Source: Octopus sinensis (Eukaryota). From it: DNA of 64,000 nucleotides. Both the position numbers and the translations under genes were made by a program. The DNA lies in contig NC_042998.1 in NCBI RefSeq assembly GCF_006345805.1, forward strand, positions 101,122,001 through 101,186,000, read 5' to 3'. Positions 1-14,352 of this stretch are shown here, piece by piece. The notes under the pieces are model-generated. The model did no database searches, was not told where the DNA came from, and worked only from the letters and a program-made list of their open reading frames with translations. Position 1 is the stretch's first letter. Each line of letters starts with the position of its first letter.

Positions 1-113
1 GCCCGGGGCTATAGTAGAAGGCACTTGCCCAAGATGCCACGCAGTGGGACTGAACCCGGAACCATGTGGTTGGTTAGCAAGCTACTTACCACACAGCCAC
101 TCCTGCGCCTATG
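1..113 (-). mobile_element. tRNA-derived SINE, family A (head portion, cut by window edge)
   Basis: Reverse complement reads AGGCGCAGGAGTGGCTGTGTGGTAAG (A-box-like) ... GGTTCAGTCCC (B-box-like). The same sequence recurs at 9.4, 13.3, 26.4, 37.2 and 52.4 kb. Confidence 0.85.
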
Positions 114-869
114 TAATCTTTTCCACACCAATCGGACGGAATACAGAAAATAAACATCTCCCCTGTTTATGAAAACCAGTGCCTCTCAAAGTGGGTGATA
201 CCGAATGAAAGAAAATGACACACGGGTGCTAGGAAGCAAAGGAGGCGACAGATTCATCTGTTTAGTGCTTTCAGTCATTGTCTCCTATTTAAGTATTAAT
301 TTGAAAGTATATTATTATTATAAACTGTTTGTTAGCCACAATCATTACACAAATGACAATAACACATGAACAACGACAATGTTAACAATAATAGATTCCA
401 GAACGAGTATAAGTAAAGAAAAAGCGAAATATATACCACCTTGCTCATTATATTTGCTTATAATAGGCTGATGCTTGTTCACGTCAAACTAATAAGCAGG
501 CTCCTTTAGCTTGATATCATGCGCGTGTGCATTGCAAATAAGTGGAGGGGTGATGACTCGTGGTATGGTGGGGCAATGAAAAAGTGTTAGCAAAAGAAAG
601 TGGGCAATAGTTAAAAATGTTTAAGAAGTACTAATGCAAGCGTTCAATACAAACATGACGAAGAAAGAAACAAAAAGCTCCCCCACCACAAAAAAAAAAA
701 GAAACAAAAAACAGCCAAACAAAATCCATCTACATTTGAAGGTAATCTTTGGGGTTTGAATTATTCACGTCTGGAAACATGGGGATTTCATTTATCACCC
801 TTAAATGACTTATTCAGGGACATTTTGAATGGGATGGGATACTTGGCCCGAAGAAAAAATTCTAATTGG

Positions 870-1527
870 GCCCCACCTGCTAGGTCATGCATTGTTTATT
901 TTGATATGAGATCACCATGTCGGGCACATATGATTGTAATGCACGTGCTTGGTGCACCCTTATCAGACGAGGTGTCATGAGTTTATCCCGAACTGATAAT
1001 ACTCCTCGGTAGCACTGCAAGGTCAGAGATTTCTGTAAATTATTTTTGTGCTCCGGCTCGAAAGTCCTCCGGAACAGATCTGCCAGTTGATTTTTGTCGC
1101 CGCCCAGATTCTCCCCGAGAACGTCGTGTCGCATCCACCTGCCATTAACCCTCTATGAAACGCCAGAGTGGAACTTCCATCGACTGTATTGACCGACTGA
1201 CAGAGGACTGTGAACACCAGACGAAATTCTAGGAGGCAAGCAACTTGCCTCAGCCTACGCTTGAACCAGTCAAAAAGACAAGTTGCGGAAGAGCGAGTCT
1301 AACAAACGGTGACCGCACCTGCTCACCGTCAAGGAAGCGATCCATTGAACGGTTGTTGACAACAAATGGAACGCCTGATCAGTGAAACGCTCCCCTTTAC
1401 AGAAAATGAAAGAGTATGCACTCCAGTTTGGTCAGACGTAAACTGGGACAAAACAAGACAGCCAGACGGTAATATATGACGGAGGAGATGTCTGCATTTG
1501 CCACCCCTGCTCGACCTTTCAGAGACA
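870..1527 (-). mobile_element. Tx1/L1-clade LINE ORF2 C-terminal fragment, diverged relative of the 16.7-22.9 kb element
   Basis: Minus-strand translations SLKGRAGVA...IYYRLAV, LIRRSICCQQPFNG and LQKSLTLQCYRGVLSVRDKL align by eye with SLKGRAEV, MVRRSICCQHPLKG and FQRSLAWRCYREALPVRDKL of the full-length element. Confidence 0.8.
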
Positions 1528-1536
1528 CTGTACAAC

Positions 1537-1545
1537 AACAACAAG

Positions 1546-1597
<52 letters not shown>

Positions 1598-1610
1598 GCT
1601 ACTGCTGCTG

Positions 1611-1666
<56 letters not shown>
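1537..1666. repeat. (CTA)n microsatellite with CTG interruptions
   Basis: Directly visible. It explains the poly-L, poly-Y and poly-V ORFs. Confidence 0.97.
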
Positions 1667-1667
<1 letters not shown>

Positions 1668-1879
1668 TTTGCGAAATCTGTAATATAATTTCTGGTTTGG
1701 TTTGCAACTGTCCGTCCTCTCTCGCGCTCTCTTTCTATATGGATGTATGTATGTACAAAGGCATATTTCTTAGCACGATCTTTAAAGACATTAAGCTACT
1801 ACTTTCAAAAATAATAGATTCTTTTTTTTGCGAACTAAGGGATCTTGTAACAATATTCCTTTTAATTTTTTTTACAAGG

Positions 1880-2380
1880 CCTACAATTTTCCGGTATGTG
1901 GAGTTTAGCCCTAGAACTTGAACTTACATCGACCCTAGTACTTGAATGGTATTTTATGTTATCATTAGGCTTTGTGTTAACGTTAGTAGAAGTAGCCGAT
2001 GCTTTATTTTACCGATTGTAATCGGATGAAAGGTAAAGTTAACCTCGGCGGCATTTGAACACAAAACATGAAAAGCCAGAACAAATACCACAAGGCGTCT
2101 CACCTGACGTTCTAACTACTCTGCCAATAAACTTCCATATATGTGCTTCTAGTATAGGAACAAGACCTGAAAATTCATCTGTGTGTGTGTGTGTGTGTAT
2201 GGTGGGGAAATAGGGTTACTCGATACGATTGAGTCTAGTGCTTGAACGATACTTCATTTCATCCATCTCGGAGAGATTAACGGCAAAGCTAACCTCAGAA
2301 AAAAATTTGAAATCGCAATGTGAAGAGTTGTGAGAAATACCACAAGACATTTTGTTAGACGCTCTGACGATTCAGCCAGT
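1880..2380 (-). mobile_element. Two degenerate family B SINE copies
   Basis: Motifs ATCGACCCTAGTACTTG, GATGAAAGGTAAAGTTAACCTCGGCGGCATTTGAAC and GGCAAAGCTAACCTC match the family B copies at 43-45 kb. Confidence 0.6.
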
Positions 2381-2391
2381 TCATAATATGA

Positions 2392-2800
2392 TAATTTCTT
2401 TTATTAGCCACTGGGGCATAGAAGAGCATTACAAAGAAAGAACATTTGTGTGGGGATTTACATAAGGGATGGAGAGAAAGAAAGTGTAAAGACAGTGGGA
2501 CGCGATAAAAGCATACACAGTATACAAAGTATTTGATAGCATGAATAATGCAGTCCTCCTGATACAGGAGTAACTCCAGCTAGAGCCAATCAAGGAACCC
2601 TAAAGAACCAGGATTACTTTGACCATTAAAAGTATGAGCCCTCTCTCCTGCTCCCCAATCTACATGTGCATACTTAGCGTAGAGCCATTCACTCTAACAT
2701 TTTTTCCACAGTCATCCATCTTTTCACAAATCGACTGAAACGTAGCACTTCTCTCTCCGCTCTCACTTTCCTTTCCAAGTGGAGCTTATAAAAAGGTCGA
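2392..2800 (-). mobile_element. Tx1-like LINE 3' end (ORF2 C-terminus plus 3' UTR)
   Basis: Minus translation HLERKVRAEREVLRFSRFVKRWMTV resembles HLKKKVRVERQVLSSECFKKRWVNV. It ends in GCCCCAGTGGCTAATAAAAGAAA, like the GCCCTGTGTGGCTAATAAAGAAAC terminus of the full-length element. Confidence 0.75.
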
Positions 2801-4057
2801 TTGATGATGGAAAGTAACAACAACGAGAATAATATTTTATAAAAACTTAAAAAAAGCGAAAGTGGCTTGTAAGACGTACAAAAAAACTAAAAAAATCGTA
2901 CACATATCTAATACATATACATTTACACACATACATGTGAGACACACATTTACAATTATAAATACAGACAATATGAAATAGCTTTTTCCGTTCTTATTTT
3001 TCTGTCTTTCACCATCGATTTGAAATTAAAAAAACTGTAGATGGTAAAAGTTGTTTCTATCGCTATAAAATTCTCGTCCATATGTTCTTGAATCTAATCA
3101 ATTGGAATACGTCAGTAGGTTTCGGCAGAATGTTTTGTCATAAAAATTGTTCTGAAGTAATTATCAATGTCGAAACCAGCTTTGCAGGAATGACAGAAAA
3201 TTTCACCTTGTTAAAATGAAACTAATTAAATGTTCTTAAGTCATAAATAAATTGTTTAGAACGAATAAAGAAAAAAAAGTTTTCCATTAAACATTGAAAA
3301 TTAGATTTGCTTTAAGTTTTAAACTACGCTTAATTCTTAGTTTAAAAATTATCTCCCCTTTTATTTGAGAATCACTAACATGCAGTTGAGGTTGTTTTGT
3401 TTACAGTTATGATTACATATACACAAACACTCGTATATATATATAATTTGAGAATGTTGTGTATTTCTTATCCCAATGTTCTTCAAGTTTCTTCATGTCG
3501 TCTATCGAGGGGTTTTCTCAATCTTTCTGTAGATCTGGTATTGGACTTGGTTCCACTGGAATTTTTCTCGATAGTTCCACGATCTACGATAGCTGACACC
3601 TGGTTCTTTCGTCGTTGGAGTCTCGCATGTTGTTAGTCGAAAGTTACGTATGTGAATACATTGCTTTACCTCCGCTTCGTTAAAATCATTTATCCACAAC
3701 CAAGGATATAAAAAAAATTATAGGGGAGAGTATTCATTATCCGAGATAACGAATAGTCTTCTATGCCAACGTGTCTGTGTTGGACGCTATGTTTTTAAGA
3801 CATTCCAGAAATTCTCCATGTGAGATTCTTATGTGAATAGATGTACACATCTGGGTGCAAGCATCGACAGTTCAGCCAGCACACCAACCCAACCACATAT
3901 TCACAAACACTGGGAGCTCGCTTAACACAAAACTGCTTTGAACTCTCTCAAGAACTTAAATTAAAGTCAAAGAAAAATCATACAACGCTCACACACATAT
4001 ATTTATATATATATGTGCACACTAGTATATGTTTATATATGTACACACACAGATACA

Positions 4058-4112
<55 letters not shown>

Positions 4113-4139
4113 AGGGCTTAGTAAAATAAATTACTTTGC

Positions 4140-4181
<42 letters not shown>

Positions 4182-4719
4182 CATATATCAGCCGAATAAT
4201 AAGGCAAAGAATAAACTATAAAACTATAATCCAAATAGTTTACTATTCACTGCACTCCTACAACGGTTTTACCGTCGTGAAACAAAGATTTTCCAGACTT
4301 GATGAATTTCGGTTTAGTCTGGATTCCGACAGTGTTGATAACCCAGAATTCGGGTTGAGTGCTTCCCTGGAAATAACCTATCTTTATATCCTACCAGGAC
4401 CTAATATATATATACATAAACAACATAACATATACGTATGACCACCGTATAGTATGCACATGCTTTTTGCTGCCCTGGAAACTTTCACCCTGCTCAGGTT
4501 TAATGTAACTTCAATTACTAATAGTCACTGAAAGTCGTAGATATATCTGTAAATCTACTACTCATGAAATGGTGAAGAAAATCCACGGTCTCCCATCAAC
4601 TCGTAAAGATTATTAACATTCTATATTATCATTGTCAAGTCCACATATCTTCACAGCAATTCGTAGTTTATTTACAATGTAGTGAGAAATATTTCAATCC
4701 TCATTATATAGACAGTCTT

Positions 4720-5330
4720 AAAAATTTTATAGTTCATTTCATTTAGAAAACATAATAAATTTGTAACCATCTTATCTTAAATAGTAAAATCTATTAGCAT
4801 ATTGCATCAATATTGACATATCCATATGAGTGCACTGTAATTTCTAAGTTTATTTACAAAGTATTTAGGAATAGTTATTATAGACGCAGATTTAAAGTAA
4901 ATGTTAATTTTATAGTTCACTTCTTTTAGTAAAGCTTATTAACATCTTTTTATCTCATTATGTATATAAAAGATAACAAGAAGAAAAACAGAACAAATAT
5001 TAGCAATCAACATCAACATAAACAGATTCCCGCCGTTTACAGTGCACTTCGTAAATTTACCTACAAAGAAACGTGATAAGAAATATTTTTCACACCAAAC
5101 TTCATTTAGTAAAGTTAATTAGCATCTTTTTTATTTCATTCAGCAAAATTTTTATTTTGCCACCAACAAAACAAATCCATGCCGTTTACACTGTACTTTG
5201 TAAGTTGTAAGAAACGTGATAAGAAATATTAAAATGTTTGGTTTTGACAGACGTAATTTAAGTAAAACCTAATGTTTCATTTCATTCAACAAACGCACAA
5301 AGTTTACATCGTAAATTTAATTGCTAAGAC
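4720..5330. repeat. Degenerate tandem repeat, period about 150-190 bp
   Basis: Recurring blocks TTTTATAGTTCA(C/T)TTC(A/T)TTTAG, GCCGTTTACA and AAGAAACGTGATAAGAAATATT (e.g. at 5032 and 5181). Confidence 0.6.
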
Positions 5331-5360
5331 ATAATGACATATTTTAACTTTTCCTTATAG

Positions 5361-6000
5361 GTACAGACATGAGGTAAGCAAAATGTATCTTGTCTGTTTT
5401 TTTTTCATTTCTTTTTATGACCTCACTTTATAATCTCATTACAAACCACTCTTTAACTCCATTGTTAATCTCTTTGAAAACTATAAGCAACTAATTAAGA
5501 ATAATTAGACAATTTCGTTATCTTAACAATTCAGCTTTCTTCCTACATCGCTTCACTTTCGTTTCCTTTCGAGCTAAAAAAAATTGATCTGTCTGATTAA
5601 TCTGTCAACAAAGCCCAAACTACTGAAGGAGAAATTAAAAAAAAAATATTCAAGCCGAAGAGAAACTGGTAAATGGAAAAATACGTTTGATTTTAATGGC
5701 ATGGAAATTGGCAGAAGGCGATCCATCCAATAATTTGACTGCAAAGGCATTAGAGTGCCATGGTTTCCATAGAACAATGGCACAAATAGAGAGAAAAATG
5801 AGCGAATTCATTGATTCTTATGCCCTTAAAAAGTCATACATATGTTTGCTGGTCAGCTTGATGCAGCATGGATATGAAGCAAGCTCAAGCAAAGAATGTA
5901 GCAACCCAGAATCTGTAAAAGACCAGAACGAAGAAATCAATGCTGTGACTAAGCATGATGTCAAGAAAGCATACAGACCCTAAATGGCCCCAACATCAAT
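5361..6000 (+). pseudogene. Myb/SANT-like (trihelix) DNA-binding ORF relic, probable Harbinger accessory gene
   Basis: With one A-run frameshift the reconstruction reads KRNW*MEKIRLILMAWK...AKALECHGFHRTMAQIERKM, which fits the W..E...L..W / L...G..RT..Q...K pattern. Splice-like signals flank a 13-nt exon at 5361-5373, and there is an acceptor at 5573. Confidence 0.5.
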
Positions 6001-6639
6001 TGTCAAAAGCAACGGCGGAGAAAACAGAACTAGCAGCAAAGAAGTTGCTACTACCCCCAAGAATAAAAGAAGAAACCACCTGGAAGAGGCAGCAATAAGC
6101 AAGGCAAAGGACACAGGATAAGCACCTAGACAAATTATAATAAAAATAAGAATAGAAATATTAAAACCATCGACAACAGTAAAAACAAGAGGAAAACAAA
6201 ACTCGAACCGCTTGTAGATTCTATTTAAAACGTCTACTGATACAATAAAAATCAGAAATAGAAAACTCGTTCAAGTAGCAGCTATTCACCGAGCAATTTC
6301 GAAGTCGTAGAAAGAAGAGACTAACAGTCGTCCATGGATGGGCGACTGTTAATCTCTACTTCCTAAAATCTTTCCCAAACCTGCGTCGCGGAGAAGAACT
6401 TCCTGGGTACAGAAATCTCAGACCAAAGAGGATCTTAGAACATTATACAACATTATTATATACAACGTAATAACATATGTCGTTACAATACACGACAAAA
6501 CACTATATAATCCTATGACATATACTATAACACTATACAACACTACTAAATATAACGGAAAATTATGGAACATCTGATACTTTAATTAGAAAATTTTTAG
6601 CAAAATAGTAAATGAAGGATTAAGTAAAAAGAAAAGAAT

Positions 6640-7520
6640 TCTAAATGTTCGAAGAATGCCATGAAATAAATAAGGGTAATGATGACATTTCTACCATAAA
6701 CCTCAATTTGTTTTTAGCCAATTAACCTACGATGTATAACATTTAGCTGTAGTTACCAAAGCGAGAAAACCTTTCAAGTGACTCGAACAAATACACTAAT
6801 TATAGATCGTTGAAAATCATAAAACAAGCTATTAAATCTCAGAAAATAGCCAAAGGCAAGCAGGCTTAAAAAAGAATTAATAGATATTATTAGCTAGAAA
6901 TGTGGTGCAAGGGAATCTAAACACACAGCATTTAGCGATACGACTATATAACTGGTTAACGATAAGCTGTCTCTTGCAAGAGATAGTCAGTTATTTCCGA
7001 TTTCTGTCGCACGAATGATAGATTCTCTGCTCTATCTCGAGGCACAATGCAAACTAGTCTATTTAAAGTAATGTAACTTTTTCTGTCAAGAACTCACTAC
7101 TATAAAGCGACAGGAATTTCTCTTATGCTACAATATACAACTTATTCGCATATTTTATATTACCTATAGCAGCTAGGTGTCACTCAGATTTTGGTCATAG
7201 ACATACAATTGTGACGTTGATAACTTTTGAATAAGCTGACTTTACGGCTGGTTATTCGATAGCCTGTAATAAATTTGAATGACCACGACCTTGTTCAATA
7301 AATTCTGTTAAAGCCATTTTTTAAACTAACTCATTCCAGCAAAACTATTTATTAAAGCGTCATCAAGGTTTGTAAGATGCTGGTGTTTTAATGTTAAGTT
7401 TATGTCGTATAATTGCCCAATTAAGGTCGAATCCAGGCAATTAGTGATTCCTGCAATGTTGGGAAAACTTGCTGCCAAAATTTGTTGACTTTGTTTTTGT
7501 TGAGACGGCCGACGTGCATT
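6640..7520 (-). pseudogene. Highly degenerate PIF/Harbinger DDE transposase
   Basis: Minus-strand motifs in the expected order: ILAASFPNIAGITNCLDSTLI (cf. GFPNxxGxIDGTHI), INVTIVC (cf. INVQxVCD), YLL...AY (cf. YLLGDSAYP) and GILxNI (cf. CILHN). Many stops and frameshifts. Confidence 0.45.
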
Positions 7521-8540
7521 TTACTTGTAGTTTCATATTCAAATAGAAAAAGAAGCAAACCCTGTTTTACACAGACTAATTGCCACTAATTACATCTAAA
7601 GGAAAGTTTGAAGGATTTAGAAGTGAAAGTACTAATGGGGATTTCTAACATCATTAAAATGGAACATCACTTTAGGGGGAGGATTCAGGTGACTTATAAA
7701 CCCTAGAAATTGCGTATTATTTTTCCAAACTCAGAAGGATGAAAGACAAAGTCGACTTGGGTGTTATTTGCACTCATAACCTAATGAGAGGCAACCAAGT
7801 GCTTGAAGGCATTTTGTCCATCGCTCTACCACCTCAGCTATTCACTAACCTCATTTTCTAACACTTATAATTTTTGACATTAATACAATGCCAATAATCT
7901 GAGAGTAGTTTGTGATTAAATCAACCCGAGTACTTTGTTGGTACTTTATTTTATCGATCACTGGAGGAATGAAAAATGTGGCTGATACTGGTAATGAGAT
8001 TGATGTCGTATTAGGTAGAGGCAACACAGTTAATGTTCCTCAACTAACAGAAGGGGAGATAATTCGTATCCTGTAATATACAGTGTTACACCGCATTAAT
8101 AATTGCAGCACTTTGTTCTCTCTGACTCAAACTTAAATAGGCAGCATGGTTAAGTACTGCATCGAGAAAGCCTTGTATAATTAAGAAGCAAGCTTCAATA
8201 GCTTGCATTGTAGGAATTAAACATTCTACAATGATTGTTAGCGAGTAGAAAAGATGAGGAATTTTGCCAAGTCGTCCTATCCTATTTCAGATTGGTAGAT
8301 TAAACTATTTAAGATACACGTGTTTTGACCATTATGAGGCACGAACCACAAATCTTCAGACAAATTTAGTTGAAGTTTTGTATTTGTATAAAAATACATA
8401 CATTTTATGTTCACTTGTGTTAAACACTAGTGAATAATACGCGCACACCACACACACACACACACCATACCACACACACACACAAACACACACACACACC
8501 ACACACACACATACACACACACACACATATATTTATATAT

Positions 8541-8594
<54 letters not shown>

Positions 8595-9436
8595 GAGAAT
8601 CAAATTAGGCAAATCAATTCACATATAATACATATATTCAACCATAGACCCAATATGCATACATTTTAAAAGATATATTTAATATATCAAACATATTAAA
8701 AGTATATAGAAATATAAATATAATAAAAATATATAGATTTATCTATACATTAAAAATATATAAATACATTAAAAATATATAAATACATAAAAAATATATC
8801 GGAAATATAAATACATATATAAGTCGACTTACAGAATAAAAAAATATACCAAAGAACTAGAGAGAAAGTTAAGAGTTCAGAAAAATGTAAAATATAAAAG
8901 GCTTGAGTATTAATAATCTGACGGCCGTTTCTGGGTGTCCAGTTATCCAGTCAAATTATATTATATTCATTATTGGACACCGCCTCCTTCTTTAGGGAAA
9001 AGTAAAGTATTAGAGAGATTTACATTTACTGCGTTTTCATAATGAGAGTCAATTACGGAATGATCTTATAGAGAGCCATATACACGAGGGCAGGGAGTAG
9101 AAGTGTTTTAGAAAGAGTAGCGAGAAGAAGATAAACAATGCATGGATGGTAAAATGAAGTTACAGATGGTTCAATAGGTAGAAGGTTAGAGGAGGTGAGT
9201 ATGGTTTACGTATTTAGAATAAGTTTCGATGGGTGTGGAAGCTGGTTCACAACGCTACCCAGAATCATCAAAATGCATAAAAGTTGAATAAACCCTATAT
9301 TCATCTTACGCCTCAAGTTCGAATACTTTGAACACTTCAAAATGCAGTCTATACGTCGCAAAAAATGTTTTTTTCGCTTTTTAGAATTTTTTCTCTCTTT
9401 TAAATATAATTTTCGTGTTCAGTCCTAAATTGGTAT

Positions 9437-9845
9437 TACTCTTTTACTCTTTTACTTGTTTCAGTCATTTGACTGCGGCCATGCTGGAGCACCGCCTTTT
9501 TAGTCGAGGAAATCGACCCCGGAACTTATTCTTTGTAAGCCCAGTACTTATTCTATCGGTCTCTTTTGCCGAACCGCTAAGTGACAGGGACGTAAACACA
9601 CCAGCATCGGTTGTCAAGCAATGCTAGGGGGGCAAACACAGACACACAAACACACACACACACATACACATACATATATATATATACATATACGACAGGC
9701 TTCTTTCAGTTTCCGTCTACCAAATCCACTCACAAGGCATTGGTCGGCCCGGGGCTATAGCAGAAGACACTTGCCCAAGATGCCACGCAGTGGGACTGAA
9801 CCCGGAACCATGTGGTTGGTTAGCAAGCTACTTACCACACAGCCA
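9437..9845 (-). mobile_element. tRNA-derived SINE family A, near full length
   Basis: Head, internal (TG/TA)n tract and AAACAAGTAAAAGAGT tail are all present on the minus strand. Confidence 0.9.
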
Positions 9846-10068
9846 TAAATATCAATTTTTACCCTAAATTTAATTTTACATAAATATTTGTTCTCTAACC
9901 GATAAATTAACTGCTGCTAACTATTAGCTGCAGGCTAGTTTTTCGGGTCTCATCGCGCCAAAAGTAAAGACATTTGAAATATATATTTCAAATGTAATAG
10001 GCCGTACTCCATGCACGCGATATTTCGGTATCGTGTTGGCATTTAGTACAGCAAATTACATTTTATAT

Positions 10069-10143
10069 GGGACCATGCTGATGATGGCTGCACTTTTCCT
10101 TGCGGAAAATAACAGCCGAAACTAAATTTAGTACATGGGTAAA
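10069..10143 (+). ncRNA. Type I hammerhead ribozyme motif with intact catalytic core
   Basis: CUGAUGA 10078-10084; helix II GGCUG/CAGCC (10086-90/10113-17) extended by UUUUCC-UUGC-GGAAAA; GAAA 10118-21; palindromic helix III ACUAAAUUUAGU; predicted cleavage after GUA at 10133; helix I CCAUG/CAUGG. Confidence 0.75.
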
Positions 10144-10289
10144 TATTTATTTCGTATATTTTTCACTTGTTTATTGCTTTGGTTTTGTGTTGAGTTTGAT
10201 CTGAGAACATAGACATTTTGTGGAGAATGGCGATTTGACGTCTATATCTAGCATGTTGACTGTCCACTTTTCGTGTTCAGTCCTAAATT

Positions 10290-10329
<40 letters not shown>

Positions 10330-10837
10330 ACAAGAATAGTATTAATTGTGACTGCGAAGTTTCGGCCAGCTAAGCCATTGTCGAACTAGCCGAAATTTCG
10401 AAGTCACTGTCAGTATTCTTATGTTAAAGAATAATAAATTTATACTCTACCAAAAGTATTAAGCAATTCTTCATTTTAATGTAAAATTGTTTTTATTATA
10501 ACATAAATGGAAATACATACACATATACACACACATTATAGATTATAGTCTACCGTTGTTTCTTTGATGTATGAATCAGCAAACGACCGGGAAAGGTATT
10601 TTTTACGGAAAACAGGATTATCTGTGTAGGTATGCACGCATGCTAATATATATGTGTATACATACAATCACACATTCATACATCTATCCCCCCACCCACA
10701 AATCATAGTCTGCGGTTGTTTTCTGGATATATGGATCAGAGAACGCCTGGGAAAAGTACTTTTTACGGTAAACAGAAGTTATCTATATAGGTATGCACGC
10801 ATGCTAACATATATGTGTACACACGCACACTCATACA

Positions 10838-12871
<2,034 letters not shown>

Positions 12872-13288
12872 ACACACACACACACACAACACACACAAAC
12901 GATCACATCTCCAGCGAGTTAACTTAACATGCGTTGACGACAATGTATCCTTCATTTAATTAAGGTATCTGCGGCCTGATGAGCAGCAAGTGGAGTACCC
13001 CTTGGTGAGCAAGTATTACACCAAACAAACATGTGGATTGGATTTTATCCACGCCATTCCCTCAATTTGGATTTTTATTCGCATGCATAGCAACCCTAAG
13101 TGCTTACCGTGAACTATAAAATAACATTTTCTCGCTTACCGAACTTCGATATGGGAAAACCTACAATTTTTTAAGTCAATAAACTACTGTTGTTCCAAAA
13201 AGTTGTTTCTTGTTCCTTCTACGGACCTTTCGAAGCTTACTAACTTCATACACTTAGCTCCTTGGATCTTAAATTTATATACATATAT

Positions 13289-14264
13289 ATGCGTAGGAGT
13301 GGCTGTGTGGCAAGTAGGTTGCTTACCCCTATTGGAGGGGGAGACGGAGGAAATAGTGGAAGCGGTTGCCTCCTCCAAAAGGAAAAAAAAGGCAAGCAAC
13401 AATGGTTGCTCATCAAAAGACACACAGGTTGCGGGAGAAGAGGAGGACCTCACGGATAAGCCGATAGACGCCCTGACACCCGCAAGAAGAGAAATAAAAG
13501 GAAAAGAAAAAAAGGAAGACGGTGGGCGGAGGTTTATGTGCCGCCGACAGATCCCAATGATCTGCCGGTGGGATGTGTGCCACCGGCAGAAAAGACTCCG
13601 TCAGTGGGAATTGTGCCACTGACAGAGCAGGCTGAGGCCCCTCCCCGTGAGGAAGAGGTGGAACCCGTCATTTTCTATTACAGGGGAGGGCCTGTTGAGA
13701 GATTCTTGGACAGTCTTCTCGACTGAGAACGTTATGACTCGGTCTGCATAGATTGTCCAAGTTGGCCTCCGCAGGTGGTTGCGGAGGTCATAACGCAAAA
13801 AGAACTTTCTGAGGTCATGGTGACCTTTGGAAAAGAAGAATTTGTTTTACTCTTTCCGGGATTTCCTGCAGGCGGCAGGGAACTTATGTGGGGGCTCGGA
13901 TGTACATGAAGAAGATTAAGGAAAATTTTGCAATTTTTGTGATTTTTTGAGTAAAACTGAATAAAAGAACAATGATTTCGAGGGGTTATCAGTCGGCGGG
14001 CGCCGATGCCCCTCCCATTTTTGTTCATCATTATCATCCTCATCTCATTAATGTCTTTGTCCAACCCGCAGCTACTTATCCGTGTACGGCTTTCATGGCC
14101 AATTTGATGAATAAAAGTAGCTTGCTTACCAGCCACATGGTTCCGGGTTTAGTCCCATTGCGTGGCACCTCAGGCAAGTGTCTTCAACTATAGCCTCGGG
14201 CAGATCAAAGCCTTGTGAGTTGATTTGGTAGACGGAAATTGAAAGAAGCCAGTCGTATATATGC

Positions 14265-14352
<88 letters not shown>

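Noticed and set aside
1476-1707. Homopolymeric and dipeptide ORFs here and throughout (poly-L/Y/V, HT, YI, CV, LSIY, MYVC)
   Set aside because: These are translations of microsatellites, not genes.
3502-3699. Minus-strand ORF, with QVSA in an alternative frame resembling TACR ICL3
   Set aside because: The flanking residues do not match (no KRKVVKMM) and there are no splice signals. Likely chance.
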